Shown here piece by piece: positions 1 through 18,100 of a stretch of 64,000 bases of DNA. The number at the start of each line of letters is the position of its first letter. The first letter of the stretch is position 1. The notes beneath the pieces are model-generated. The model ran no database searches. It saw only the letters and a program-made list of their open reading frames with translations, and was not told where the DNA came from. The stretch spans positions 40,774,788 through 40,838,787 of the forward strand of contig CM120640.1 in the NCBI GenBank assembly GCA_051362555.1. The letters run 5' to 3'. A program made the translations under genes and the position numbers. Source of the stretch: Lingula anatina. Its lineage: Eukaryota; Animalia; Brachiopoda.

Positions 1-5457
<5,457 letters not shown>

Positions 5458-6048
5458 GAAGTCTTTTTTCTCATAAACACCTTCATTGGAAAAAACATAA
5501 AACACAGTCTTCCACAGAAGAGAGAGAAGAAAAGACTGTCCGGCTTGCCCTGCGTTGGCAGACTTAAGCCGGCGTTATCAAAGTGGTACCAAGTGTCACA
5601 GGGATGAGACGACACTTGATTACGGTCACGTGGCGTTCTGTTTCAGGAAAATTGTCTCTGTGCATGGGTTGAGCATGGCTTTGTATGTTACTGAATAACT
5701 TGACATATCTGAAATAGAAAAAGGGGGGCGGGGATAGGGGGTGATGTAAGGCACATGAGAAAATTGTGTGGTGTGGGACTACCTAAACGTTGACAGTGAC
5801 GTTTTTATTGTAAAACGTGTTTCTACCTGGAGTGTCTAGTTTTCCGGATGGCCCTTCTATTTATAGTGTGCTCGTGGCCTGTGAGGCTATATATGCTTAC
5901 CAAAAAGATGACCAAGAAGACCAATGACCACTTATCATAATGTTAAAACGCATATTAAAATGTCTAGCTTTTAACTAAGATTTATGGGGATAAAGTAAAT
6001 GTATAAGTGGGAATAATTTCATTTTAATTGACAGAAATTATTGTTTTT

Positions 6049-6107
6049 TATGTTATGTGATGTTAATGTTATGTTATGTTATGTTATGTTATGTTATGTT
6101 ATGTTAT
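6049..6107. repeat. (TTATG)n microsatellite
   Basis: About 11 imperfect TTATG units; may be the tail of the adjacent GC-richer fragment at 6115-6235. Confidence 0.8.
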
Positions 6108-6456
6108 TTATTTTTCTGTTTTTGGTCCCCTCGTGTATACACAAACTCTAAGACGGGACGGCCTGACACTGGTATCAGAGTACTGATAACCCGAAGCCAC
6201 GAAGGGAGGCGTCCGTTGTTAATTATTACCCAATTCAATAGAGGTTTTAAGTACAAAAATGTTCATTCGTTTCTTCTGACTGATATTAATTGATCAAGAT
6301 TATTCATATGACCCACTGCTGCTTTCTTCAACCTTTGTTTCGTAAAATCTCTTTAACTTTTTTCTCATTTCTTAGAATAGTAAGTTAGCTGATTACAAAA
6401 ATGGTTTCCGAGTACCGAGGAAATGTACATGCTTAGTCCAGTGATACTTTTAAATG

Positions 6457-6716
6457 CAGTGGCGGATTTAGGGGAGGACCTGACCCCCCTCCCCCCCTTC
6501 GATTTCTGAGAAAAATCACACCAATAGTCTCTTCTTGAAATTAGAATTTTGATTAGCTGAATCATAGTTCTAAACAAAACCAAATGGCACCGTTCCCTCT
6601 CTAAAATACAAAAATTTTTCGGGGAACTTCAGCGGGCCCCGAACCCCATGCCAAAGGGGAGGGGGTCGACTTCGCATCCGCGGACCCCCCTTCAAATAAT
6701 TCTGGATCCGCCCCTG
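6457..6716. mobile_element. MITE of the CAG(G/T)GGCGGATCCAG type
   Basis: Imperfect TIRs CAGTGGCGGATTTAG ... CTGGATCCGCCCCTG; AAATG on both flanks; a related internally deleted copy lies at 11943-12085. Confidence 0.75.
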
Positions 6717-7710
6717 AAATGCACCACTGACATTATGTTAGAACCCAGCTCTGCCGCACTTATTCCACATTTGATACAAAATATGTACGCAAACTTTAAA
6801 TTTCGGGTCAAGTGTCACCTCGCACCCCCAAGATTTACATGCGCTACGTTTTTATGTCGAATAAAAAAATATCCTTTTAGCATTTTTTCAAAGACCTGTC
6901 TACTGGGTTTTGTTTTCAAAACAAACCATAAGTTATCTCATAAAAACCTGGGGATGGAGGTGCAATCGCCCAGTATTATGGTTATTTTCATATGATGCTG
7001 ATAGTATAACAAAAATTAAAGTTTTCTGCCTCTAAAAGTAACTTTGTTGAAGGGATTTTCAAATCTATTTTCATAGCCTTGCAATAGTGAAAAGGATGCC
7101 TACAGGGCATCAAACTAAAGTTAAAACTTTCGCAGTAATGTCTAAACGTAGTCCATTTTACTAAATCGTCTACCAAAAGCAGTCTGCGGCGTAAGCCAGC
7201 GGTATTCGCCCGTGGCAGGCACTGGTACATTAATCAGAATGTGTGAATTTAGTGGTCCAACATGGTCGTTAGATTTTTTCTATAAGGTTTTCAAATAGCT
7301 TTTGATTAATTTTTTTCTGAATTGTAACTGTTACATCATCATCATTATTCTAAAAACACATCAAGGTTTTGTTATTAGTAATATCTATCCAATCCAATCC
7401 AGTCTTATTAAAATTTTTATTAGTAGTGAATCCTGATTCGAACCAGTAGATTTTGGGTAAGTGGTCGTCTGAATGCCTAGTAATTGTAATTTAGTAAGTT
7501 GAAAACTTTATGCTTCAGAATGCAAAAGAAAAACTACAAAAAATACCTGTTGCAACCTATAAATATAGATGACAAAATGAATAATTATATTTGGTTTATT
7601 GATAGACCTATAGGTTCTACATCTAAAAGTAACTTTATTAAAGAAAGCTAAAATCTATTTTCACAGGCTTGTGATTGAATGACGTACATGTAGCCTATGT
7701 GTAGCACTGG

Positions 7711-7877
7711 CAGGGGCGGATTGAGGCCGTCTTCTGGGTCTTCTGAAAGACGGTCAGATTTTCAAGTTATCATTGACGGTTGTCTAATTTTTCCGTTAAA
7801 AGAAGGTCAAAAACAGAGGATGGGTCAACAATGATAATTTGGAAGACTGTGAGATAATATCTTTGGATCCGCCCACG
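7711..7877. mobile_element. MITE of the CAGGGGCGGAT type
   Basis: CAGGGGCGGATT ... GGATCCGCCCACG degenerate TIRs; interior differs from the 6457 element. Confidence 0.6.
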
Positions 7878-7972
7878 CGTACAGTGCATCAAACTAAAGC
7901 TAATCTTTTCGCCGCGTAGCAAGTTGCCCCTCCCCTCCTAAAGATTTTAAAATATGCGAGAGGCCTCTCCAT

Positions 7973-7981
<9 letters not shown>

Positions 7982-8027
<46 letters not shown>
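7982..8027. repeat. (CT)n microsatellite
   Basis: Pure CT run upstream of the orphan gene. Confidence 0.9.
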
Positions 8028-8028
<1 letters not shown>

Positions 8029-8030
<2 letters not shown>

Positions 8031-8051
8031 TCACATGACTGTCATGTGACA
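8029..8051. promoter_or_regulatory. Paired E-box/CLEAR-type palindrome
   Basis: TGTCACATGAC-T-GTCATGTGACA: perfect 11-bp inverted repeat of two GTCACATGAC sites, ending 18 bp before the ATG at 8069. Confidence 0.55.
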
Positions 8052-8068
8052 GTTTTGAGCATTTCAAA

Positions 8069-9703
8069 ATGGCGATTGTATTAGACAAGGTTCTAACACT
8101 GCTTGTTTCGAGAATAGCAAGCGAAGCAACAGATAAATTGTTCAAATCAGGAGGAGATAAAAACAAGGCAGATCTTGTTGGTGAAATTAAAGCATTAAAA
8201 GATGCTTTTGATGCGGAGAAAAACAGGTAATGCTTAAATAAACCGTCATGAACACATGATCATGGGTCTGGGGGAAAACGCGCTACTTATTATGATTAAG
8301 ACGAGCCTAACCGCCAGTACCGGATATTGGTTTGTAACGTTCAGGGGTAATTAGGACTTAACTTTTGCGGCATGCATAAACAGTAGTCGATCTACCACAC
8401 CTGGGTCTTTTGTTTTTGACAACTGTTCATTCGTCATCGAAGTGCTTGTTCAAAACTACAGACTGATATCTACAGTACTACTATTACCAGTGGCTTCATT
8501 AGTAACGTTCCCACACACACAAAATCTAACACGGTTTTCTGTCTATGCGTATATATCCTGAAAATGGTTAGCCTCACTGGCGAGAACAATGGTCGTTTCT
8601 CACCCCTCTTTAGGGTTACCCCTGCATGGGTCAACCTAGCATGAAATTTCATGCTTCTCTAAGATCAACCATGCAATTGTATACTAGTCAAATCTCTACC
8701 ATGGTAGGCCCTATATTGAACTGCATCATGTACATGTACACTCACATGTTCGTACAGGGCATGTGTCTTTTGGGCTTGGGCTTTGGAGTTTAACGGCCTC
8801 AGATATGTACATTGTACCTGCAACATTGAATGATATTTTCATAGTGGTAGAGATACGATATTCAACATCGTTTTAAAAGTAAAAGTAAATAATGACAATC
8901 TCATAGATATAACATGTGCATTTTAGTTGTAATTTCTATTACAAGTAAAGATTGTGGCATTTTCACTGCTTTACTAAACATTTACTACACTACCAGTATA
9001 TAAAAATATCACACAAGTCAGTACTGCAGTGTAAGTCAAATCAACTCAGATTTACTATAACTGGTACATATATGCTAAACATTATTTTTTGCACAGAAAC
9101 ATATTTGGCACACATATATAATAAATGTTTGATACCACACTTAATATGCAATCAAAATAAAATGCCATGGCAATTTGTTTTCCTTTCTTCAGGCCACTAG
9201 AAGTATCCTTAAAATTCCAGCCAGAATTGAAGGAGATTGCAGAAGACATGTCTGGAAAAATGAAAGAAGAGCTACACAGGACATTTGATACTTTCACATC
9301 AGCTGTTGAAAGAACAGTATCTAGGGAAATCAGACATACCACTAGTGCCTTATCTGAACATCTCAATAGAATTATTGTGGCACTGACATCACTACTTGCT
9401 TCTGTGGAGGAGAAACTAGCAGCAGCAGAGGAGGCAAAACAAACTGTGCAGAAACTGGGAAGCCTGTTCACTACTTTGAAAATTTTCATTAGGCTTCTTA
9501 CTGTTTGCTCATTTTTGCTGACATTCTTTTACATCTATAAAAGAACAGACAGTGCAGCTTCTGATTCATCTGGTTCAATGTGGATTAGTTATGGAAGATG
9601 TAGACAATTGATTGCACTGACTGTGATGGTCATGGCTTGCCTATCCCCTCTGTGGATCTTTGACCTGAAATTTAATTTTGTAAAGATGATGATCCCAGAA
9701 TAA
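8069..9703 (+). CDS. Uncharacterised 222-aa coiled-coil protein with two C-terminal hydrophobic (TM) segments
   Basis: Exon 1 8069-8226 (caaaATGg; MAIVLDKVLTLLVSRIASEATDKLFKSGG..., donor AG|gtaatg, phase 2). Exon 2 9193-9703 (ttcttcag acceptor; joins the 9167 ORF in frame). Heptad-rich middle; hydrophobic IFIRLLTVCSFLLTFFYIY and LIALTVMVMACLSPLWIF. Confidence 0.75.
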
Positions 9704-11942
9704 TTATAAGTATTGATAAATGAAGAGACTAAAAGTGTCAAAGCTTTTTGTTCTTTGGCTTATTAGAGCTATTTATTTTCTTCTTTGTGTGATAAAGACC
9801 ATTAATACAAGGTGTAAACATAATTTTAAGATTCATAGCACTGAGGAGTTACAGTAAAGTGTCAAATGACAGATGTTTATTTACATAAATTAATGACTGG
9901 AACTGTTTAAATCCAACAAAAATAACTAAGTTCAAATTTCATTATTTTGTAATCACATAGTTAGTAAATATATGTCCGATAATATCATTAAAAATACTTG
10001 CAAATAAGGTTGCAATGAATACTAAATTTAAATGATAGAGATTGGACTCATTTGCACTCATCGTAAACACTGCAGTTATATATTGAGAAAATCTGTTAAA
10101 CAATTACATAAAAGAAAAAAATGCAGGTAAAAACAAATTTATTTGTATATTTTCCAAATTTATTTACATCCTTGGAGTGTCAGGTTTGGAGAAGTGAATG
10201 CAGTGTATTGTGTAAATATCTAATTAATTCGCCAAAGATATGTATTTAAAATGTAAACGTTGTGTCCTCTGATGAAGTGCGCCCATAAAACAACAGTTTG
10301 ACTGAGCATGTATCAAGTGAATGTATATTGGGTCCCTGGTCTAAGCAATAAGGTGACTGATTTCTTACATAACAGAAGTGGTTATCTCCCTTCTCTCCCT
10401 CCCCCCCCCCCCCCACCCCCGACTTCAGGGTGCCCGTTTTATCGCCCCGTCATTCACATTACAACTGGTAATACCAGTAGTTAACTCGGTGTCTCATCTA
10501 TGGCATTTTCTTTGGTATCACAGGGGTCTCTAGTATATTATAGTATACGCAGTAAAGTACAATGCAGTACAGTACAGTATTCTATACAAAATCGAAAAAG
10601 AGGCGATTCAACAGTTTTCAACTAGCAGCCCCTGTGGTCAGAGAGTACTTATTTGGCACGTCGCTCATTACACCACTGATTCATTTCACGACACAATGGA
10701 AGACGGTTTCCATCAGTTCTGATCGATCTCTCAGATTAAGATGATTCAGTGTCGCAATGACTCCGTAATTAGGAACAAAAGCAGCAGATTATCTCTTGAA
10801 CTTGTTTAAAAATCACTACCAAATGAGAAATCTGATATTTGACCTCTTTTAAAATATTGAGCATAGACCTTTATTAACGATCCACACCAGTGCTCCGTAA
10901 ATAGTTAACGAATTGAAATAAATGAATAGAAAACCACAGCAACATTTGTATTTCTGAGAGATAATGTTTAATTGTCATATAAAAACAAAAATTACCTATG
11001 ATGTCGATTTAACGCATCATGTGCAACGCAATGGATTCACAAAACAACTCGAAAAATAAATTGATATCACGTCAGGCATGTTTTTCATTTCAACACGAGT
11101 CATTATGTGGCATTTGTAACCCACATGTGACGGCAAAATTTAGCAGCATTGTCTCCACAGAGCATGCATATACCACAGGAAACCTATGTAATCCTTCAGT
11201 TGTCCCGCCCTACGCCATAGATAATGTATCGTGCCTTCCTTTTATTATAATTCATAATCACACGGTCTGCTGATAGTCTAGTGAGATTTTTGAAAAAAGG
11301 CTCTGCATAAGAGACAAGGGGCATTTTGGGGTAAAAGTTGGGAACCAGGCTTATTAGCACAATTTTGGGATGCTGAATCCGATTTACCCGGTTCCCGAGC
11401 GAAATTTTGCGTTTTTAACGGTCTAATTTGCAAAAAAACAAAATGGCCGCCAGATTTCCTATTTTCTGCAATACCTCTGGAACTAGACAGGCAAATATGA
11501 CAAACGAAGTGTCTTAACCTATATTTTCAGGGTCGAGGAACATTATTAAGATGTTTCTGTTAGAACTAGATTTACGCAATTTTCCTAAATATGCAAATTA
11601 GGATCGCCATTACTGAAAAACTGTTTTACTTCTGTATCTCTGTAACTAGGCAAGCAAACATGACAAATGAAGTGTCTACACCTATGTTCTCAGGGTCAGG
11701 GAATGTGATAAATCAGATGTCTTGTCTTATGGGTAGCACTGACTTTGCGAATCGTGTCCAAGTATCACCTTTTATTGTTTCTTCCCTGTATCTGTCAAAC
11801 ACAAGTCAATCTGCTGATAGCTAGAACCTGCCTTCAGAACTGCTCTTACGTACGTGTCAGCCAAACTACCAAAGGTCACTGCATTGTCAGGCTTTCCCAG
11901 TGAAATTGTCAGTGCTTGCCCATCAATTATAAGGCAAGGTGA

Positions 11943-12085
11943 GCAGAGGCGGATCCAGGATTATTTGAAGGGGGAGTCCGCGGATGCAAAGCCCCCCCCC
12001 CCCCCCCCCCGACTTGGCAACGGGTTAGGGGCCTGTTGAAGGGGACCAGAATTCGAAGGGGGGGGGGGGGTCAGGGCCCGCCTTA
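11943..12085. mobile_element. Internally deleted MITE nested in the Academ-like element
   Basis: CAGAGGCGGATCCAGGATTATTTGAAGGGGGAGTCCGCGGATGC matches the reverse complement of the right end of the 6457-6716 MITE. Confidence 0.65.
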
Positions 12086-12233
12086 CGTAATATGTGGCAG
12101 TTTCTCTGAGCAGTCCTCTTCGGCTGGTTACAGAATGCGTATAAAAGGGCAGCAGTTCTGCAGAATAAGTCTCTATATTTCGACAACGTCCAGTCAGAAG
12201 AGTTTGATATTTTGCAGACTCTTAGCTGACCTT

Positions 12234-13206
12234 ACGGTATGTGAACTAACGGCAGCAACATGCCACACTATTGTTGCATTATGCCAGAATGGACAGAAGC
12301 AAACTGCTATTGCCAGACAGCTGAATGTGTCCCAGGGAGCAGTTTCTAACGTCTTACAGAAACACGCCCAGACTGGTGCATTAACACAGAGACCACGGCC
12401 AGGATGTCCTAAAGTAACCACCTGAAGGGAAGACCGCTTGCTTCTGCGGTTATGTCGCAACAACCGGACAAAGACAACTCTTGCTGTACAAAATGAGTGG
12501 CAAATTACCATTCAAAAGCATGTTTCTAGAACTCTAGTGAATGCAAGGCTTCTTTTAGCTGGTTAACTCTATGAACAGAGCAACATGGTGGGAAAGACGC
12601 CATTTGCGTTTCCAGGCACAGCACTGGGCTCATGTAGATTTTTACAGATGAGGCAGGGTTTGAGTTCCACCACCGCGATGGCTGAATCAGAGTCAGTAGG
12701 TTTCCAGACGAGTTACTGCACGAAGATTGTGTCACACTACAGTGACTTGTGGCCGTGACAGTATCTGTGTATGGGCCGGTTTCCACTCTGGAGCCAAAAC
12801 ACTATTGGTGGCAATTGACGGAAACCTCAACCAGATAAAATACAGGGACATTTTAGAGAATACTTGATTGCAATTTGCAAGAAGGTACTTCCAGGACAAC
12901 TTCATCCTGCAAGATGACACTGCCCGACCACACCATGCCCATGCAATAACTGCTTTTCTGCAAAACCAAGAGGTAAACCAGTTGCCTTGGCCGACGTAAT
13001 TCCCCTGACATGAATTCTATAGAAAACCTGTGGGCATAAATCGCTTGCAGAATCAAGAGCTTACCCGTCCACCCTACAAATCGGCACAAGCTTAGGCAAG
13101 CTCTGGCTAATGCGTGTAACACAATACTGGATCATACTCTCAGAAACCTCTCTGCATGGAATGAGGGATCTGGTTGCAGCTAGAAGAGGCTGCACGCATT
13201 GTTATC
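12234..13206 (+). pseudogene. Degenerate Tc1 (DD34E) transposase
   Basis: Paired-like HTH (TAIARQLNVSQGAVSNVL..RPRPGCPKVTT*REDR), FTDE at 12641, VWAGF, GNLNQIKYRDIL, LQDD at 12907, WP..PDMNSIENLW near 13019. Several stops and frameshifts; the start appears mutated to ACG. Confidence 0.92.
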
Positions 13207-15129
13207 AGTTTCCATTTTTCACATTTGTATTGATGATTCTTTTGTGTCAAAGAAAATCCTTACCAACTGATATTCTTGATAATATCGAGTTCATAAGAAT
13301 GTAATACCTCGTTATCAGCTATAAAATTATCCATGCGCTGTTTATAACGCTGATTTGAATATTAAATTATTATTTAAATTAAATTTTTGATGATGTATTC
13401 ACACGGGTTGATTTATTAAAGCCATATCGAACAAGATAACAAGTGTTTTTTCATCCATTACTAATATATGGGAAAAATTCAAAGAAAATATGTTTGAAAA
13501 AAATCCATTTTAAATGTGAAGTCTGTACATTGCATCACATGAATTACTTGATTCAGCAAATCCCTCCATTGCATTAATAAGGTAATCTTTTTTAAATCTA
13601 GGTAAAAGGGGCCATTTTGTGATCCAATATGTTTACATCCCAATGGATGTAATTGCAAAATTCAATTCAGATTCGAATAATTGCTACAGTGTGACAGTGT
13701 AGCACTCATTGCTGATTTGATTATAGTGAAAATGTCTTAATCACTTTCCCGCTGAAAACATGGGTGTGGGCACTTCATATGTCATGTTTGCTTGCCTAGT
13801 TAACGTAAAAGCAGTTCTGAAGGCAGATTCTAACTATCAGCAGAAACAATAAAATATGCTACTCGGACACGATTCACAAAGTCAGTGCTACCCATAAGAC
13901 AAGACATCTGATTTATCACATTCCCTGACCCTGAGAACATAGGTGTAGACACTTCATTTGTCATTTTTGCTTGCCTAGTTACAGAGATACAGAAGTAAAA
14001 CAGTTTTTCAGTAATGGCGATCCTAATTTGCATATTTAGGAAAATTGCGTAAATCTAATTCTAACAGAAACATCTTAATAATGTTCCTCGACCCTGAAAA
14101 TATGGGTAAAGACACTTCATTTGTCATGTTCACCTGTCTAGTCCCAGAGATATTGCAGAAAATAGGAAATCTGGCGGCCATTTTGTTTTTTTGCAAATTA
14201 GACCGTTAAAAACACAAAATTTCGCTTGGGAACCGGGTAAATCGGATTCAGCATCCCAAAATTATGCTAATAAGCCTGGTTCCCAACTTTTACCCCAAAA
14301 TGCCCCTACTATTCATCTTTTGTGGATATCCCACTAGACTATGAGATAGTTTGTTCTTATTGAGCCCTCACAATATAACTGGAAACACGACTTGTCATTG
14401 ACTCATACCAGGACCCCCGCGTTCTACTGCTGATGTCAATTTTTCGATCGTTGGCACAAACAATGTCAATATTTCATTAGGATTTCAATGTAACTCGAGC
14501 CCCAGTCAATATTGTAGACGTTGCTTTTTATCGGGTTGCAATTACTGCAAGTCATAATTTTTACTGCAATCAATGTCACTTTGGTAACTCCATTATTCGA
14601 AATCCTAAAGAAGAAAGTTGTTTGTTTTTGGTGGGATATATGTGTTAAAGATCCTTTTCTGTTTACAGCTGCCATAGAGAATTCAACATATAAGTTGTGC
14701 TGTGAATCATTACGCGATCAAACAATTACGTGCAAGAGTTATTAATGTTTTGCATGCAACAGTAATCAATTAACACGAGTAAGGTGTATACAGGGCGAGC
14801 TAGCAATGTCATAAAATTTTCAACAGCAGGACATCACCCTTTTTTTGGGACTGTAGGAAGTAAGTGAGGAAAAATCTTATTTTTCTATTAACACACTAAC
14901 TCATTAAAGTCGGTATCCTCTTTACATAGACATCTGTGTCAATCTTTTTGGTGAAATATAATACAACTGCGGCTGCAACTTAGCGTTCTGTCTAAAATCA
15001 GCTTGGTATGGAACAGGGTCGATGAAATAGTCTTAATACCGACCAAATAATCATGAAATTTAAATGCATGTGCATACCAAGCATGATGATATTAATAAAA
15101 TTTAAAAATCCGTTTTTCAGGGCGTTACC

Positions 15130-18100
15130 ATGTCTAACAGCGCAACAGAGTGCCCCAGCAATGGCATAGAGAGTCACTCTATTAGCCATGGCTCTCAAAT
15201 GTTAGCAGAAAAAATTGCTGATCACATGGAAGAAATTAACTCTCCTCGATCTATTGAAGACATGAATGAAAGTTTCAACAGGTGTTTATCATCTCCTAAT
15301 CCTTATGACGCGGTGAAATTCAAAAATGCATTATTCAAAGCTGCAAGCTTGAATGACTGTGACAGATTAGAGGCTCTCGTAGAGCTAATCAAAAGAAAAG
15401 ATATCCCGATTACTGATTTTTACAGAGAAGGCAATGAGACCCCGCTCCATCATGCTGCAACTTTCAGCAATCACTCTGTCATGGAAATCCTGGTGACAGA
15501 ATATCCCGATATGGTTCATGAGCAAAGAAATAAAGGTGCACTTTACGCCGGTCAAACTGCCTTACACATAGCAGTAGCGAGGAGAGATCTCTATGCAGTG
15601 AAAATGCTCTTGTCCCGTGTTTCTCTGGCAACTTCGGACCAAAACTGTGTTTCAGGCGTGGACGACAAGAAGAATACAAATAAAACTAAAAAGATAAGAA
15701 ATAAAGAAACGCTGCTGCATGCCAAAGTTGTAGGGGATGAATTTGTTGGTACTTGCATGGAGGCAGAGCTTGTCCTTGCAATAGCAGCATGGAACGCCGA
15801 CTTGCAGATGGTACGAGAACTGTTAAATCAAGGCGCTCTACCCTACAAACGGGACAGTAAAGGGAGGACTGTTTTTCATACACTTGTGTATCTCGCTTCT
15901 ATGGAAGGGCCAAAAAGTTCTGGCGTCGTTTCAGAATCTACACAGAATGCAAAGATGTCCAGTCACAAATCTAACATTATAAAGGAGACGTTACGCCTTA
16001 TCTCATCATTGGAAAAAACAAAAACAGCACACGAGAAGTTAGGCAAAGTCACAGATAGTATTTCAGACTCTTTGTGTGAAGCGGGTCCCTCTATTGAGAT
16101 CACTGACAAAATCAAAGAAGCTTTGAGAGAACTTTCATCTGTTGGACATTATACTGCTTCAAAAACTAAAGTTATCAAAGAAAATCTCTCAACACTTGCT
16201 TCAATGGAACAAGTTACCACACCCGTTGAAAATGACAACCGTGACAGAATAAAAGAGACGTTTCAGGAATTGCTTGATAAAACAGACATCTCAGACATGC
16301 CACAAGTCTTTGCCTCAGATCCGCAGAAAAAGCGAGCTTACATCCAAGCTTACTTGTTATCTCTACGCGACGCCCAAGGATTGACTCCCTTAACACTTGC
16401 AGCAAAGCTCGGAGTACATGGTTTATTTGAGCATATCATCAATTTAGAAAACACATACAAATTTTTGGATGATACCGATGTGGTGAATGACATTTACCTT
16501 TATGATGTCACTGACATAGATAGTGCAGTTCGTTTCAATGACAGGACATCAGCACTGGAGAGAATTCCATTTGATAAACCCGAAGAGGCTTTCATTTTCA
16601 TGGAACTGTCGCCCATTCGCGAAATGGTGTCAGCGAAGTGGAAGGAGTACAGGAAATATTATTTTTTGTGGGGATTCTTTCACTTATTGGCCATGGTAGC
16701 GATAACATTATGCTGTTGTTTTAGACCTCTTGATCTAGAACCCCAGTCTGTTTTGAATCCTAATGTTTCTAGATCAATTGGCCAGGCGGCTTTTTCACAT
16801 CTGACACAAATGTATTCAAAACCCATTGACATATTGAGAGCAACTTTTGAGATCAGTTTTGGCACATCGTGCTTTTTTATCCTTTCGTTCGAAGTGATAT
16901 ACGAAACCATTATCCACAAACACTTTCCATTCATCAACAGAATTCTTGGAAACGGTACCTATAGGCTCACTTACATAGCGTTTACTTTTTCTACCGTTCT
17001 TACATTTTTGTTCAGGCTGTTTGCATATCACTACGAAGAAATTCCTATGGTGGCAATGTTAGTCTCGGGCTGGTACTTTACACTTTTCTTCACAAGGGGC
17101 TTTAAAAAGTTTAGTTTCTTTACCGTCATGATCCAGAAAGTCTTTTTTGGGGATCTGTTTCGTTTCTCAGTAGTGTTCATTGTTTTGCTATCGGCGTTTT
17201 CATCAGCTATGTTTGTTAGTTTCCAGAATGTTCCAGAAAAAATCCCCGAAGAGTTTGCAGACTATCTCAGCACCATATTTACTTTGTTTAAACTTGCGCT
17301 TGGTTTGGCCGATATTGAAGTTCTCAGTCAAACAAGAAGGCCATGGCTGACAATTGTATTGTTTCTACTTTTTGTTGTTTTGGCATACATTTTACTCGTA
17401 AATATGCTAATCGCTCTTCTTTCCGAAACTTGTTCTGTAGTTGCAAAAAACAAAACAGCCCAGTGGAAACTGCAGAGATTATCTATAACTCTCCTCATCG
17501 AAAGAAGACTTCCAAAAAGATTGCGAAAATCATGCGGGACCGAAAAGTATTTGAAGGTCTTTCGAAATCCTCCTGGTGATGGGCAAATGGATGACCTTGT
17601 GCATCAGTCGGCTGCTCTTGCTATGTCCTTCCTTCGTATACCAGCCATGCAGAAACGTATATTTCAGAGAGTGAAAGCGGCCCCTAGCTCATCATCCAAC
17701 TCGTACGTTACGGCCTTGAACAGAATCACTACAGACTGGTTGAATAGAATACATGCAACGAATTTTACTTCTCGAGAGACAAACAATATGAATAAGAAGA
17801 CCACTGCAAGAAAACATGTCAAAGCAAATGGGGTGCTGAAGAAAGCTATAAATCAAGTTCTACCAAGCTACGGCAATGTTTCAACTTCGTCACCAACAGA
17901 AAATTGTTTAAAAACTAACAACCTGACAGTTTCCGTAAACCCGACTGCTATGGCAATATCCATGCGAGATAACATGCTGTCCACAATTCCAAAACTTAAC
18001 GATAGCCTTGAAATTGCTAGTGTAGACAAAAACATAGGTGAAAATCTGAAAAAAGGACAACAAACCAAACAAGAGCATTTTCAAAAGGACCTGCATGAGA

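Larger units (their letters stand above)
11274..14341. mobile_element. Non-autonomous long-TIR DNA transposon, Academ-like
   Basis: Termini TAGTCTAGTG...CACTAGACTA; 3-bp TSD TGA on both sides; inverted repeats of ~540-580 bp (~11274-11851 and ~13803-14341) with internal sub-repeats. TAG...CTA ends plus 3-bp TSD plus long TIRs fit the Academ superfamily. Confidence 0.85.

Noticed and set aside
10262-10312. Hammerhead-ribozyme-like CTGATGAAG...AAAC
   Set aside because: The GAAA core is missing (TAAAAC) and stems I and III with a cleavage triplet cannot be formed convincingly.
10518-10636. Imperfect inverted repeat CACAGGGG..CTAGT / ACTAG..CCCCTGTG
   Set aside because: Possibly an old MITE, but it has no TSD and no second copy in the window.
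11591-14033. Twin ORFs MQIRIAITEKLF... on opposite strands
   Set aside because: They are by-products of the transposon's inverted repeats.
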